This document shows positions 28,551-37,825 of a stretch of 64,000 nucleotides of DNA, one piece after another. Location: NCBI GenBank assembly GCA_035499995.1, contig DATJXR010000035.1, positions 25,351-89,350 on the forward strand. Reading direction: 5' to 3'. The notes beneath the pieces are model-generated. The model saw only the letters and a list, made by a program, of their open reading frames with translations. It was not told the DNA's origin and did no database searches. The position numbers were made by a program, and so were the translations under genes. The number at the start of each line of letters is the position of its first letter. Positions within the stretch are counted from its first letter, which is position 1. The stretch comes from Rhizomicrobium sp. Its GTDB lineage: Bacteria; Pseudomonadota; Alphaproteobacteria; Micropepsales; Micropepsaceae.

Positions 28551-29419
28551 CCCGGATCGGGCGGGATGTTGTTGAGGGCTTCTTCGAGCTGCTGGAAGGT
28601 GGGCTGGGCTTCGCTGGGGACGCTGCCGCGGCCGATCTCGACGGAAACCTGGGCGGCGTTGCCGTGCAGGTGCGCGACCAGGATGTCGCGGATGACGTGA
28701 TAGAACTGCGCCTCGTCGTCGACGATCGCCTTCAGCCGCGTCGCCATGGGCCCCACGATGCCGTAGGCCAGAAACACGCCCATGAAGGTGCCGACCAGCG
28801 CGGAGCCGATCATGCGGCCGAGCACTTCCGGCGGCTCGCTGATCGCGCCCATGGTCTTGATGACGCCGAGCACCGCGGCGACGATGCCGAGCGCGGGCAG
28901 GCCGTCGGCCATGGTCTGCATCGCGGTGGCGGGGCCGAGCGCTTCGTTGTGGTGCTTCTCGAGCTGCTTGTCCATCGCGGTCTCGACCTGATGGGGGTCT
29001 TCCAGGCTCATGGTCATCATGCGCAGCGTGTCGCAGATGAAGGCGAGCGCGAAATGGTCCTTCGAGATCTTGGGATAGCGCTTGAAGATCGACGATTCCC
29101 CGGGCTTCTCGATATGGGCCTCCAGCGCGATCAGGCCCTTGGACTTCATCGTCTTGGTGAGCAGGAACAGCAGGCACAGAAGGTCGGTATAATCGCCGGG
29201 CTTCCATTTGGGGCCGGAGATGACCTTGCCGACGTCGCCGCCGATCTTCTTGAGGGAGTACATCGAGCCGCCGATCAGCAGCGCCGCGACGGCCGCCCCG
29301 CCGATGGTCATCATCTCGTGCGGCAGGGCCTCGAGAATGACGCCGACCGAGCCCCCCGAGATGAGGAAGCCGCCGAACACCATCGCGAACAGGAAGACGA
29401 TGCCGCCGATCTGGAGCAT
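28547..29419 (-). CDS. motA: flagellar motor stator protein MotA
   Basis: Met 13 of track ORF 28547..29455 (MLQIGGIVFLFAMVFGGFLISGG...), 290 aa with the typical MotA/TolQ/ExbB topology. No motB is adjacent. Confidence 0.85.
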   Translation of the reverse strand: MLQIGGIVFLFAMVFGGFLISGGSVGVILEALPHEMMTIGGAAVAALLIGGSMYSLKKIGGDVGKVISGPKWKPGDYTDLLCLLFLLTKTMKSKGLIALEAHIEKPGESSIFKRYPKISKDHFALAFICDTLRMMTMSLEDPHQVETAMDKQLEKHHNEALGPATAMQTMADGLPALGIVAAVLGVIKTMGAISEPPEVLGRMIGSALVGTFMGVFLAYGIVGPMATRLKAIVDDEAQFYHVIRDILVAHLHGNAAQVSVEIGRGSVPSEAQPTFQQLEEALNNIPPDPG

Positions 29420-29467
29420 GAAGGACAAACCCCGACGACCGGAGCGCCCGGCCAACCCCCGTTAGTA

Positions 29468-29484
29468 TTAAGGGGAGCCCTTAA
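29468..29484. promoter_or_regulatory. inverted repeat TTAAGGG-N3-CCCTTAA in the motA / 2OG-oxygenase divergent promoter region (TTAA half-sites, CtrA-box-like)
   Basis: Read directly: gtattaaggggagcccttaagg. The TTAA...TTAA spacing is 9 rather than the canonical CtrA 7, so this is only a candidate site. Confidence 0.25.
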
Positions 29485-29608
29485 GGACGGGTGAAAACGG
29501 GGCGCCGGCGGGTATGTAGCGGGATGCGGGGCGGGATCTGCGCGATTTATTCATGCACGCCGGGCGGCGGATTGTCGTAAAACTTAACGGGGCATTAGAC
29601 TTTCGGCC

Positions 29609-30778
29609 ATGACCGCGAACAACCGACCCTACGTTTCGCTTCAGACGGGCGACCCGGCGCCCTGGTTCCACCAGCGCTCGAGCGGCAATTCGCGCTACGC
29701 CTTCGACACCGCCGCCGGCCGCTTCATCGTGCTGTGCTTCCACCTCACCGCGCGCGACGCCCAGGCGCGACTGGCGCTGAAGGCGGTGGCCGAGAACCGC
29801 GGCATCTTCGACGACGAGAACATCTCCTTCTTCGGCATGAGCCTGGACCCGGGCGACGAGAAGCAGGGCCGGGTGAAGGAGGCGCTGCCCGGCATCCGCT
29901 TCATCTGGGATTTCGACGGCGCCGTCGCCAGGCTCTACGGCGTGCTGCCCGCCGACTCCACGATCGAAGAGCCCAACCTGCCGGCGCGGCGCATGTGGGT
30001 GGTGCTCGATCCCACGCTGCATGTCGTGCGGGTGTTCCCGTTCAAGCCGGAGGGCGCGGAGATCGCGGAGGTCTTCGCCTGCCTGCGGGCGCTGCCCAGG
30101 CCGGAGCTCTTCGCGGGCACAAGGCTCCAGGCGCCGGTGATCTACCTGCCCAACGTGTTCGAGCCGGAGTTCTGCCGGATGCTGGTGGGCCTTTACGAGA
30201 TCAACGGCGGCACCGAATCCGGCTTCATGCGCGAGGTCGAGGGCAAGACCGTCCATATCCTCGACCGCAACCACAAGAGCCGCAGCGACTACCTCATCGT
30301 CGACGAGCACATCGTCAAGGAGACGCAGAAGCGCATCCAGCGGCGCATCCTGCCGGAGGTGCAGAAGGTGCACCAGTTCAAGGTCACGCGCATGGAGCGC
30401 TACATCGTCTCCTGCTACACGGCCGAAGCCGGGGGGCATTTCCGCCAGCACCGCGACAACACCACCAAGGGCACCGCGCACCGCCGCTTCGCCGTGTCGA
30501 TCAACCTCAACGACGATTTCGAGGGCGGCGAGCTGTCGTTCCCCGAATACGGCCCGCGCAGCTTCAAGATGCCGGCGGGCACGGCGGTGGTGTTCTCCTG
30601 CTCGCTGCTGCATGCGGTGTCGCCGGTCACCCGGGGCCGCCGCTTCGCCTTCCTGCCGTTCCTCTACGACGACGAGGCCGCGCGCATTCGCCTGGAGAAC
30701 AACAAATTCCTCGGCGACGAAGTGCCGGCCTACCGCGATCCGGAGATCGAGGAGAAGCTGAGCGAAGCGGCGGGCTGA
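29609..30778 (+). CDS. fusion protein: N-terminal thioredoxin/redoxin-like domain + C-terminal 2OG-Fe(II) oxygenase (prolyl-4-hydroxylase-like)
   Basis: 389 aa. C-terminal HxD...H iron triad (HRDNTTKGTAHRRFAVSINLNDDFEGGELSFPEYG...LLHAVSPV) with an R-x-F 2OG-binding motif. The N-terminal ~170 aa resemble AhpC/TSA-redoxin-fold proteins (FIVLCFH). Confidence 0.75.
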   Translation: MTANNRPYVSLQTGDPAPWFHQRSSGNSRYAFDTAAGRFIVLCFHLTARDAQARLALKAVAENRGIFDDENISFFGMSLDPGDEKQGRVKEALPGIRFIWDFDGAVARLYGVLPADSTIEEPNLPARRMWVVLDPTLHVVRVFPFKPEGAEIAEVFACLRALPRPELFAGTRLQAPVIYLPNVFEPEFCRMLVGLYEINGGTESGFMREVEGKTVHILDRNHKSRSDYLIVDEHIVKETQKRIQRRILPEVQKVHQFKVTRMERYIVSCYTAEAGGHFRQHRDNTTKGTAHRRFAVSINLNDDFEGGELSFPEYGPRSFKMPAGTAVVFSCSLLHAVSPVTRGRRFAFLPFLYDDEAARIRLENNKFLGDEVPAYRDPEIEEKLSEAAG

Positions 30779-31004
30779 AACCGCCGCCCGGAAAAGCCCT
30801 TCGTCAAGCGAAATATCGTGCTCACGGAATGTTTCGGGGGCCTTGTTTTCCGCCGCCCCGGGATCACATTTCGCACGCACTTCGCAGGAGTCGCCTGCCG
30901 CACACGCGTCTTACCCGCCATCCGCGGTATCCCTGCCGCCGATTCCCGACATCGACACTGCGCGAGCGCGCCGGACCGGCGTGAGGCCGCACCTGCGGCA
31001 ACCC

Positions 31005-32996
31005 ATGGGGCATGTCATGACCACCGCGATCGAATTTCTTTTCACCCACGCCTGGACGCTCCTCGCCATCGTCGTGCTGGCGTGGATTGCGCTCCTGGTG
31101 ACCACCAAATCCGTCCGCAACATCGGCGCCACGGAAGTGGGACTGGTGCGCAAGCGCTTTTCCTCCCGCAAGCTCGGCGGCGGTTCGGCCGTCGCCTTCA
31201 ACGGCGAGGCCGGATACCAGGCCGCGCTGATGATGCCCGGCGTGCAGTTCAAGCTGTGGCCGCTTTACGACGTCACGGCGCATCCCATGGTGCAGATCCC
31301 CGCCGGCCAGATCGGCGTGGTCATCGCGCAGGTGGGCGACGCATTGCCGGTGGGCGCCAAGTCCGGCGTCTACAAGCCGGCCTTCGGCAATTTCCAGGAC
31401 GTGGCCGGCTTCGTTTCCGGCGGCGGGCAGAAGGGCGTGCAGCGCCTGGTGCTCGCGCCCGGCACGGTCGTGCCGATCCACCCCGTCGGCTTCCTCGTCA
31501 TCACCAAGGATTCCGTCTACGGCGTGCCGATCGACGAGAACTACGCGCTGCTGGAGAAGCACGGCGCGCTCAAGCCGCAGAGCTTCGGCCTGGAGCCGGT
31601 GCAGCTCGACGTCGTGCGCATCGAGCCGCGCGTGTTCCAGGACGGCAAGGTCGTGGACATGATCGGCATCGTCACGACCTATGAAGGCCCGCCGCTGCCC
31701 AAGGGCGCCATCGCCAACCGTCTGGGGGACTTCGCCGACCTCGCCCAGCTGGAGGGCAATCCCGCGTCCAAGGACAGCGACCTGGTCGAGGCGATCCTCG
31801 CGGTCAAGAACGAGGTCCACAACAACTACCAGGACTTCCAGGCCTTCCTCGACAGCGGCGGGCGCATCGGCCTGCAGCACGATCCCCTGATGTACGGCGC
31901 CTACAACCTGAACCCGTTCCTGGTGTCGGTGGAGATGGTGCCGATGCTGGTGGTCAACCAGGGCGAGGTCGCCGTGCTCAAGGCCTATGTCGGCCTCGCC
32001 ACCGAAGACACCTCCGGCGCCGACTTCAAGTTCGGCAGCCTGGTGCGCCCCGGCCATCGCGGCATCTGGCAGGAGCCTCTGCGCACCGGCAAATACGCGA
32101 TCAATCCGCGCTGCTACTCAGCCGAGATCGTGCCCACCTTCATCCTCACGCTGAACTGGGCGGACGCGAGCTCGACCGCGCACAACCTCGACAAGGGCCT
32201 GAAGCAGATCACCGCCAAGTCGAAGGAAGGCTTCGTCTTCAACATCGACCTGCAGGTGCAGATCCACGTCCCCGACACCGAGGCGCCGAAGGTGATCTCC
32301 ATCGTCGGCACCATGCTGAACCTGGTGACGGAGGTGCTGCAGGCCGCGGTCGGCAACCATTTCCGCGACAAGCTGCAGTCGATGCCCGCCATCGACTTCA
32401 TCGAGAAGCGCCAGGACGTGCAGAACCAGGCCCAGCAGCACATCACCGAGAAGCTCAAGGAATATCGCGTCGAGACCCGCGGGGTGTACATCCAGGACGT
32501 GATCTTCCCCCAGGCGCTGGTCGACGTGCTGACCACGCGCGAGATCGCCAACCAGCAGCAGGAGACCTATCGCGCCGAGGAGCGGGCGCAGGGCGAGCGC
32601 CTGCAGCTCGAGCAGGCGCGCGGCAAGGCGGACATGCAGTCCGAGCTCGCGCGCTCGTCCATCGGCATCGATATCGCGCGCAACAAGGCTCAGGGCGTGC
32701 AGGCCGAGGCGGACGGCGAGTCCTACAGGCTGGAGAAGACCGGCCGTGCCGGGGCGGTGCGCGTGGAGGCCGAGGGCCTGGCCATCGCCAAGGGCATGGA
32801 GGCGCAGCAGGCGGCGGTGGGCAAGGACCAGACCGCGTTCGTCAACGCGGTCAAGGCGCTCGCCAACGGCAGCCAGCGCTTCATGCCCGAGAACCTCGCG
32901 CTCACCCTGGGCGGCGAGGGCGGCAACCTCGCCGGCAGCCTCAATTCGCTGGTGCCGCTGATCATGGAACGGCTGCAGCGAACGGACTCGAACTGA
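31005..32996 (+). CDS. flotillin-family SPFH/band-7 domain protein (large, ~660 aa)
   Basis: Met 55 (or Met 59 = 31017) of track ORF 30843..32996. N-terminal TM helix, SPFH domain, and a long C-terminal coiled-coil, EA-rich region typical of bacterial flotillins. Confidence 0.8.
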   Translation: MGHVMTTAIEFLFTHAWTLLAIVVLAWIALLVTTKSVRNIGATEVGLVRKRFSSRKLGGGSAVAFNGEAGYQAALMMPGVQFKLWPLYDVTAHPMVQIPAGQIGVVIAQVGDALPVGAKSGVYKPAFGNFQDVAGFVSGGGQKGVQRLVLAPGTVVPIHPVGFLVITKDSVYGVPIDENYALLEKHGALKPQSFGLEPVQLDVVRIEPRVFQDGKVVDMIGIVTTYEGPPLPKGAIANRLGDFADLAQLEGNPASKDSDLVEAILAVKNEVHNNYQDFQAFLDSGGRIGLQHDPLMYGAYNLNPFLVSVEMVPMLVVNQGEVAVLKAYVGLATEDTSGADFKFGSLVRPGHRGIWQEPLRTGKYAINPRCYSAEIVPTFILTLNWADASSTAHNLDKGLKQITAKSKEGFVFNIDLQVQIHVPDTEAPKVISIVGTMLNLVTEVLQAAVGNHFRDKLQSMPAIDFIEKRQDVQNQAQQHITEKLKEYRVETRGVYIQDVIFPQALVDVLTTREIANQQQETYRAEERAQGERLQLEQARGKADMQSELARSSIGIDIARNKAQGVQAEADGESYRLEKTGRAGAVRVEAEGLAIAKGMEAQQAAVGKDQTAFVNAVKALANGSQRFMPENLALTLGGEGGNLAGSLNSLVPLIMERLQRTDSN

Positions 32997-33009
32997 GTTT
33001 GATGCACCT

Positions 33010-33236
33010 TCGACCTCCCCCCTTGCGGGGAGGTCGAAACGCGCAGCGTTTCGGGTGGGGCTTTTTCCATCTGCACAGGACCCCCGCCCGAAAAAGCTCT
33101 TCGCTTCGCTTCGATCTTTTTCGACCTCCCCGCAAGGGGGAGGTCGATCCGGCGAGCGCGTAGCGCGAGGGAAGGGGACCCAAGCAGCGACGTCAGCACC
33201 GGTTTTGAAATTGCCGTCTGGGTCCCCTTCCCCTCG
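33010..33236. repeat. family-A compound palindromic intergenic element (MITE/REP-like), copy 1, with an extra flanking inverted repeat
   Basis: Terminal palindromes TCGACCTCCCC(C)TTGCGGGGAGGTCGA ... TCGACCTCCCCGCAAGGGGGAGGTCGA enclose AAACGCGCAGCGTTTCGGGTGGGG...CCCCGCCCGAAAAAGC...CGCTTCG, followed by GGGAAGGGGACCCA-N37-TGGGTCCCCTTCCC. Confidence 0.6.
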
Positions 33237-33266
33237 TTTCGCTCGGCCGGGGATGACAATGGAGTT

Positions 33267-34052
33267 TCAGCTCCGCCCCGTCACCGGCAGCGAGCTCGAC
33301 AGGCCGCCGTCGACGGGGATGGCCTGGCCGTTGACGTAGGATGCCTCGTCGCTGGCGAGGAAGAGCGCGGCGGCGGCGATCTCCTCGGGGTGGCCGTAGC
33401 GGCGCAGCGGATTGAGCTGGCCGATCTTGCCGTCGGTGCCCTTCTCGCGGGCGCGGTCGAAGATGGGCTTGGTCATGCCGGTCTCGATCAGGCCGGGGCA
33501 GATCGCGTTCACCCGCACGCCCGTGCCGTAGAGGAAATTCGCCGCGGTGGCGACGAGGTTGATGACGCCGGCCTTGCTGGCGCTGTACGGCCCCGGTCCC
33601 GCGCCCGAGCGCAGGCCGGCGACGGAGGCGGTGCAGACGATGGAGCCCTTCCTGTTGGGCACCATCACGCGGCTGGCATGCTTGATGGCGAGGAAGACGC
33701 CGATCAGGTTCACGCTCAGGATCTTCATCCAGTCCTCGGCGGTGGCCTCGAAGAAATTGGGGCCGAGACCGCCGGAGATGCCGGCATTGGCGTAGATCGC
33801 ATCGAGATGGCCGAATTCCTTCACCGCGGTGTCGACCGCCCGGGCGACGTCGGCCTCGCTCGAGGCGTCCGCGTTCATGGCGATGGCGCGACCGCCCGCG
33901 TCCCTGATCATCTTGGCGGTTTCTTCGACGGCATCGGCGCGGTCGAAGCAGATCACGCCCGCGCCCTCGGCCGCGAACAGCCTGGCGGACGCCCGCCCGA
34001 TCCCGCTCGCCGCCCCGGTCACGATGGCGCCCCGGCCTTCCAGACGTTTCAT
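33267..34052 (-). CDS. SDR-family oxidoreductase (short-chain dehydrogenase)
   Basis: 261 aa starting MKRLEGRGAIVTGAASGIGRA (TGxxxGxG) with a YxxxK catalytic motif (YSASK). The remainder of track ORF 33267..35642 is antisense to the CBS gene. Confidence 0.85.
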   Translation of the reverse strand: MKRLEGRGAIVTGAASGIGRASARLFAAEGAGVICFDRADAVEETAKMIRDAGGRAIAMNADASSEADVARAVDTAVKEFGHLDAIYANAGISGGLGPNFFEATAEDWMKILSVNLIGVFLAIKHASRVMVPNRKGSIVCTASVAGLRSGAGPGPYSASKAGVINLVATAANFLYGTGVRVNAICPGLIETGMTKPIFDRAREKGTDGKIGQLNPLRRYGHPEEIAAAALFLASDEASYVNGQAIPVDGGLSSSLPVTGRS

Positions 34053-34106
34053 GAGAGTCTCCCCAACGGTTTCTGGCGTCAAACTTAGAAGGTTCGCAAC
34101 AAAAAG

Positions 34107-34218
34107 CACCTCCCCCTTGCGGGGAGGTCGAAAAGCGAAGCTTTTCGGGTGGGGGTCCGGCGAAGCCCCGCCCGAAAAATCCTTCGGATTTTTCGACCTC
34201 CCCGGAAGGGGGAGGTGG
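34107..34218. repeat. family-A palindromic element, copy 2
   Basis: CACCTCCCCCTTGCGGGGAGGTCGAAAAGCGAAGCTTTTCGGGTGGGGG...CCCGAAAAATCCTTCGGATTTTTCGACCTCCCCGGAAGGGGGAGGTG. Confidence 0.6.
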
Positions 34219-34271
34219 GATTGTGGCGGCCGCCCGGCTATCTTCGCCCGGCAATCCAAGCCCCCATTCCC

Positions 34272-35660
34272 ATGACGGAGAATCTCCGCCCACCGGTCAA
34301 ATCCGCGCTCGATCTCATCGGCAATACGCCGATGGTGGAGTTGACCAAGTTCGACACCGGGCCGTGCCGGCTCTTCGTCAAGCTCGAGAGCCAGAACCCC
34401 GGCGGCTCGATCAAGGACCGCATCGGCAAGTCGATGATCGAGGCGGCGGAACGCGACGGCCGCCTCAAGCCGGGCGGCACCATCATCGAGGCGACCGCGG
34501 GCAACACCGGGCTGGGGCTGGCCCAGGTCGGCATCGTCAAGGGCTACAAGCTCATCCTCATCGTCCCGGACAAGATGGCGCGGGAGAAGATCCAGCACCT
34601 GCGCGCGATGGGCGTGGAGGTGCGCATCACCCGCTCGGACGTGGGCAAGGGGCATCCCGAATATTACCAGGACGTGGCGCAGCGCCTGGCCGACGAGACC
34701 GGCGCCTTCTACGTCAACCAGTTCGCCAATCCCGCCAATCCGCTCGCGCACGAGACCGGCACCGGGCCGGAGATCTGGGAGCAGATGGCGCACGACGTGC
34801 AGGCCATCGTCGTGGGCGTGGGCTCGGGCGGCACCATGACGGGCATCGCGCGCTTCTTCCGCCGCGTCTCGCCGGACACCGAGATCATCCTCGCCGATCC
34901 CCTGGGCTCGATCCTGGCGCCGCTGATCAAGACCGGCAAGAAGATCGAGCCGGGCTCGTGGACCATCGAAGGCATCGGCGAGGATTTCGTGCCGCCGAAC
35001 TGCGACCTCTCGCTCGTCAAGGACGCCTACGGCATCTCCGACAAGGAGAGCGTGGAGACCGCGCGCCGGCTGCTGGCGAAGGAAGGCATCCTGGGCGGCT
35101 CCTCCACCGGCACGCTGCTCGCCGCGGCGCTGCGCTATTGCCGCGAGCAGACCACGATCAAGCGCGTCGTCACGCTGGTGCCCGACAGCGGCAACAAATA
35201 TCTCTCCAAGGTCTACAACGATTACTGGGTGATCGAGCAGGGGCTGGCGGACCGCAAGCTCACCGGCAACCTCTCCGACCTCATCACGCGGACCTATGAG
35301 AGCGGCGGCACCGTCACGGTCTCGCCCGACGACACGCTGATGATCGCCTACAACCGCATGCGCGCGTCGGACGTGTCGCAGCTTCCGGTGCTGAAGGACG
35401 GGCGGATCGTGGGCATCCTCGACGAGAGCGACATCCTCGCCCATGTCGAGGGCCACGACGAATTCCGCGCCGCGCAGTTCAAGGACCCCGTGCGCACGGC
35501 GATGACGGCGCGGCTCAAGACCGTGCAGGCCACCGACAAGATGGACGTGCTGGCGCCGATCTTCGAGCGCAACGAGGTCGCCATCGTGCTGGAGGGCGAG
35601 AAGTTCGTGGGCCTCATCACCCGCGTCGACCTGATCAATCATCTGAGGCTCAATCCATGA
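34272..35660 (+). CDS. cystathionine beta-synthase (PLP-dependent, with C-terminal CBS pair)
   Basis: Met 42 of track ORF 34149..35660. PLP-lysine motif (SIKDR), a GNTG glycine loop and tandem CBS domains at the C-terminus. Confidence 0.85.
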   Translation: MTENLRPPVKSALDLIGNTPMVELTKFDTGPCRLFVKLESQNPGGSIKDRIGKSMIEAAERDGRLKPGGTIIEATAGNTGLGLAQVGIVKGYKLILIVPDKMAREKIQHLRAMGVEVRITRSDVGKGHPEYYQDVAQRLADETGAFYVNQFANPANPLAHETGTGPEIWEQMAHDVQAIVVGVGSGGTMTGIARFFRRVSPDTEIILADPLGSILAPLIKTGKKIEPGSWTIEGIGEDFVPPNCDLSLVKDAYGISDKESVETARRLLAKEGILGGSSTGTLLAAALRYCREQTTIKRVVTLVPDSGNKYLSKVYNDYWVIEQGLADRKLTGNLSDLITRTYESGGTVTVSPDDTLMIAYNRMRASDVSQLPVLKDGRIVGILDESDILAHVEGHDEFRAAQFKDPVRTAMTARLKTVQATDKMDVLAPIFERNEVAIVLEGEKFVGLITRVDLINHLRLNP

Positions 35661-36823
35661 CGGCCAAAGGCCACAACCGGCTCGCCTTCTCCACCCGCAC
35701 CATCCATGCCGGCCAGCACCCCGATCCCACCACCGGGGCGGTGATGGTGCCGATCTACGCCACCTCGACCTATGCCCAGGAGAGCCCGGGCCAGCACAAG
35801 GGCTACGAATATTCCCGCTCGCAGAACCCCACGCGCCAGGCCTTCGAGCGCTGCATCGCCGATCTGGAGAGCGGCAACGAAGGCTACGCCTTCGCCAGCG
35901 GCCTAGCCGGCATCGCCACCGTGCTCGAGCTGCTGGATAGCGGCGACCACGTCATCGCCTCGGACGATCTCTATGGCGGCTCGTTCCGGCTGTTCGAGCG
36001 GGTGCGCAGGAAGAGCGCCGGGCTGGCGTTCGATTTCGTCGACATGAGCGATGTGGCAGCGATCGAACGCGCCATCACGCCCAGGACCAAGCTCGTCTGG
36101 GTCGAGACGCCCACCAATCCGCTGCTCAAGCTCGCCGACCTCGAAGCCATCGCGACGCTCGCCCGGTCACGCGGCCTCCTCACCTGCTCGGACAATACGT
36201 TCGCGTCGCCTTACGTGCAGCGGCCGCTGGAGCAGGGCTTCGACGTGGTTGTGCATTCTACCACCAAATACCTCAACGGCCATTCCGATATCGTCGGCGG
36301 TTGCGCGGTGGTGGGGGCGAACAAGGCGGTGGCCGAGCGGCTGCGCTTCCTGCAGAACGCGGTGGGCGCCATCCAGGGGCCGTTCGACTCGTTCCTCGCG
36401 CTGCGCGGGTTGAAGACGCTGGCGCTGCGCATGGAGCGCCATTGCGCCAACGCGCTGAAAATCGCGCGCTGGCTGGAAGGGCGCAAGGACGTGGAGCGCG
36501 TGTTCTATCCCGGCCTCGACAGCCATCCGCAGCATGCCTTGGCGAAGGCGCAGATGGCGGCGTTCGGCGGGATCGTCACGGTGGTGCTGAAACGCGATCT
36601 CGCCGGCACGCGCCGCTTCCTGGAACGCTGCAAGCTGTTTACGCTGGCGGAGTCGCTGGGCGGCGTGGAGTCGCTGATCGAGCATCCCGCGATCATGACC
36701 CACGCCTCCATCCCCGCCGACAAGCGCGAAGTGCTCGGCATATCCGATGCGCTGGTGCGGCTGTCCTGCGGTGTCGAAGACGCGGACGACCTCATCGCCG
36801 ACCTGGACCAGGCGCTGCAATAG
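35657..36823 (+). CDS. cystathionine gamma-lyase (Cys/Met-metabolism PLP family; reverse transsulfuration partner of CBS)
   Basis: 388 aa overlapping the CBS stop by 4 nt. PLP-lysine motif STTKYLNGHSD. Confidence 0.85.
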   Translation: MTAKGHNRLAFSTRTIHAGQHPDPTTGAVMVPIYATSTYAQESPGQHKGYEYSRSQNPTRQAFERCIADLESGNEGYAFASGLAGIATVLELLDSGDHVIASDDLYGGSFRLFERVRRKSAGLAFDFVDMSDVAAIERAITPRTKLVWVETPTNPLLKLADLEAIATLARSRGLLTCSDNTFASPYVQRPLEQGFDVVVHSTTKYLNGHSDIVGGCAVVGANKAVAERLRFLQNAVGAIQGPFDSFLALRGLKTLALRMERHCANALKIARWLEGRKDVERVFYPGLDSHPQHALAKAQMAAFGGIVTVVLKRDLAGTRRFLERCKLFTLAESLGGVESLIEHPAIMTHASIPADKREVLGISDALVRLSCGVEDADDLIADLDQALQ

Positions 36824-36825
36824 TC

Positions 36826-36962
36826 AACCCTCCCCTTGTGGGAGGGTCGAAAAAGCGAAGCTTTTTCGGGGAGGGGGAACGGCGCGTACGGCCTTCCCCC
36901 CCCTCCCCGAAAAATCATTCGCTTCGCTCCTGATTTTGTCGGCCCTCCCACAAGGGGAGGGC
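36826..36962. repeat. family-A palindromic element, copy 3 (divergent variant)
   Basis: AACCCTCCCCTTGTGGGAGGGTCGAAAAAGCGAAGCTTTTTCGGGGAGGGGG...CCCCTCCCCGAAAAATCATTCGCTTCGC...GGCCCTCCCACAAGGGGAGGGCAG. Confidence 0.6.
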
Positions 36963-36964
36963 AG

Positions 36965-37678
36965 TCATTCCTTCACCCACACGATGTCCCAGCTCTCCCG
37001 CCGTTCGACGAAGCCGGTGACGCGGCCTTGCGCGTCGTACTGGAAGATCTTGCGGATGCGGTTGTCGCCGGGGATGAAGAAGACGTCGCGGGTCTCCGCT
37101 TTCCACTCCGCGGCAGGGCGCCCATTGCGCGATCCCATCAGCTTCCCGTCCTGCACCGTGAGCGTATAGACCGGATCGGAATCCTTGAGCTTGTAGGTGC
37201 CGGCGAATTTCGCCAGAGCGGCGGCGGGCAATGCGACGGAAGGCGGATCGGTACGCTCCGCCAGCACCTGGCCTTCGATCTGCTTCCAGCCATCGGCGCG
37301 CTTCTTCCACACCGTGTTGGTGAGATAGCTGGCGTGGATCGTCTGGCCGTAATAGTGCTCGGTCTCGACCTGGCGGAACAGCGCCACCGCGGTGTCGCCG
37401 TCCTGGTGATAGGCGAGCAGCACGATCCCGATCTCGCCGGAGAGCCCCTTCGGCAGCGGCCGGATCTCCTTCAGCATCGCCGCCTTGCCCTTGTAGCTGT
37501 CGTCCTCCTCGGCGTAGATCGCGTCCGCATCGAGATATCTGTCCCACACCGCCACATCGCCCGCCGCGATGGCATCGGCCATCTGCTGCTCCTGCCGCGT
37601 GATGACGGCGCGATCGTCGGCGAATGCGGGGGTGGCGAGGATTGCGAACACAATACCTGTGAGAAACGCGCCCTTCAT
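36965..37678 (-). CDS. secreted hypothetical protein (signal peptide; NTF2/DUF4440-like N-domain and a C-terminal domain resembling the beta-lactamase C-terminal DUF3471)
   Basis: Met 42 of track ORF 36965..37801 (MKGAFLTGIVFAILATPAFA | DDRAV...). Domain calls are by remembered family patterns and are low certainty. Confidence 0.6.
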   Translation of the reverse strand: MKGAFLTGIVFAILATPAFADDRAVITRQEQQMADAIAAGDVAVWDRYLDADAIYAEEDDSYKGKAAMLKEIRPLPKGLSGEIGIVLLAYHQDGDTAVALFRQVETEHYYGQTIHASYLTNTVWKKRADGWKQIEGQVLAERTDPPSVALPAAALAKFAGTYKLKDSDPVYTLTVQDGKLMGSRNGRPAAEWKAETRDVFFIPGDNRIRKIFQYDAQGRVTGFVERRESWDIVWVKE

Positions 37679-37690
37679 TCTGCCCCTCCG

Positions 37691-37816
37691 TGTCATGGCC
37701 TGCGAATGCAGGCCACCCAGGTGACGTCTCTGCCGCAGCCGAAAATACGATCTCGATTCTGCTTGATCGAGTCGTGCAGAATTCAACTGGGTGGCCCGCA
37801 TGCGCGGGCCATGACA
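37691..37816. repeat. family-B MITE-like element with ~29-bp terminal inverted repeats (GTCATGGCCYGCGAATGCRGGCCACCCAG), copy 1
   Basis: gtcatggcctgcgaatgcaggccacccaggtga...tcaactgggtggcccgcatgcgcgggccatgaca, immediately 3' of hutU. Confidence 0.6.
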
Positions 37817-37825
37817 GCTTAAAGC

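Noticed and set aside
29420-29608. Flagellar class-specific promoter for motA
   Set aside because: Only generic TTAA half-sites were seen, and the spacing does not fit the CtrA consensus. It is retained as a low-confidence regulatory motif and not called a promoter.
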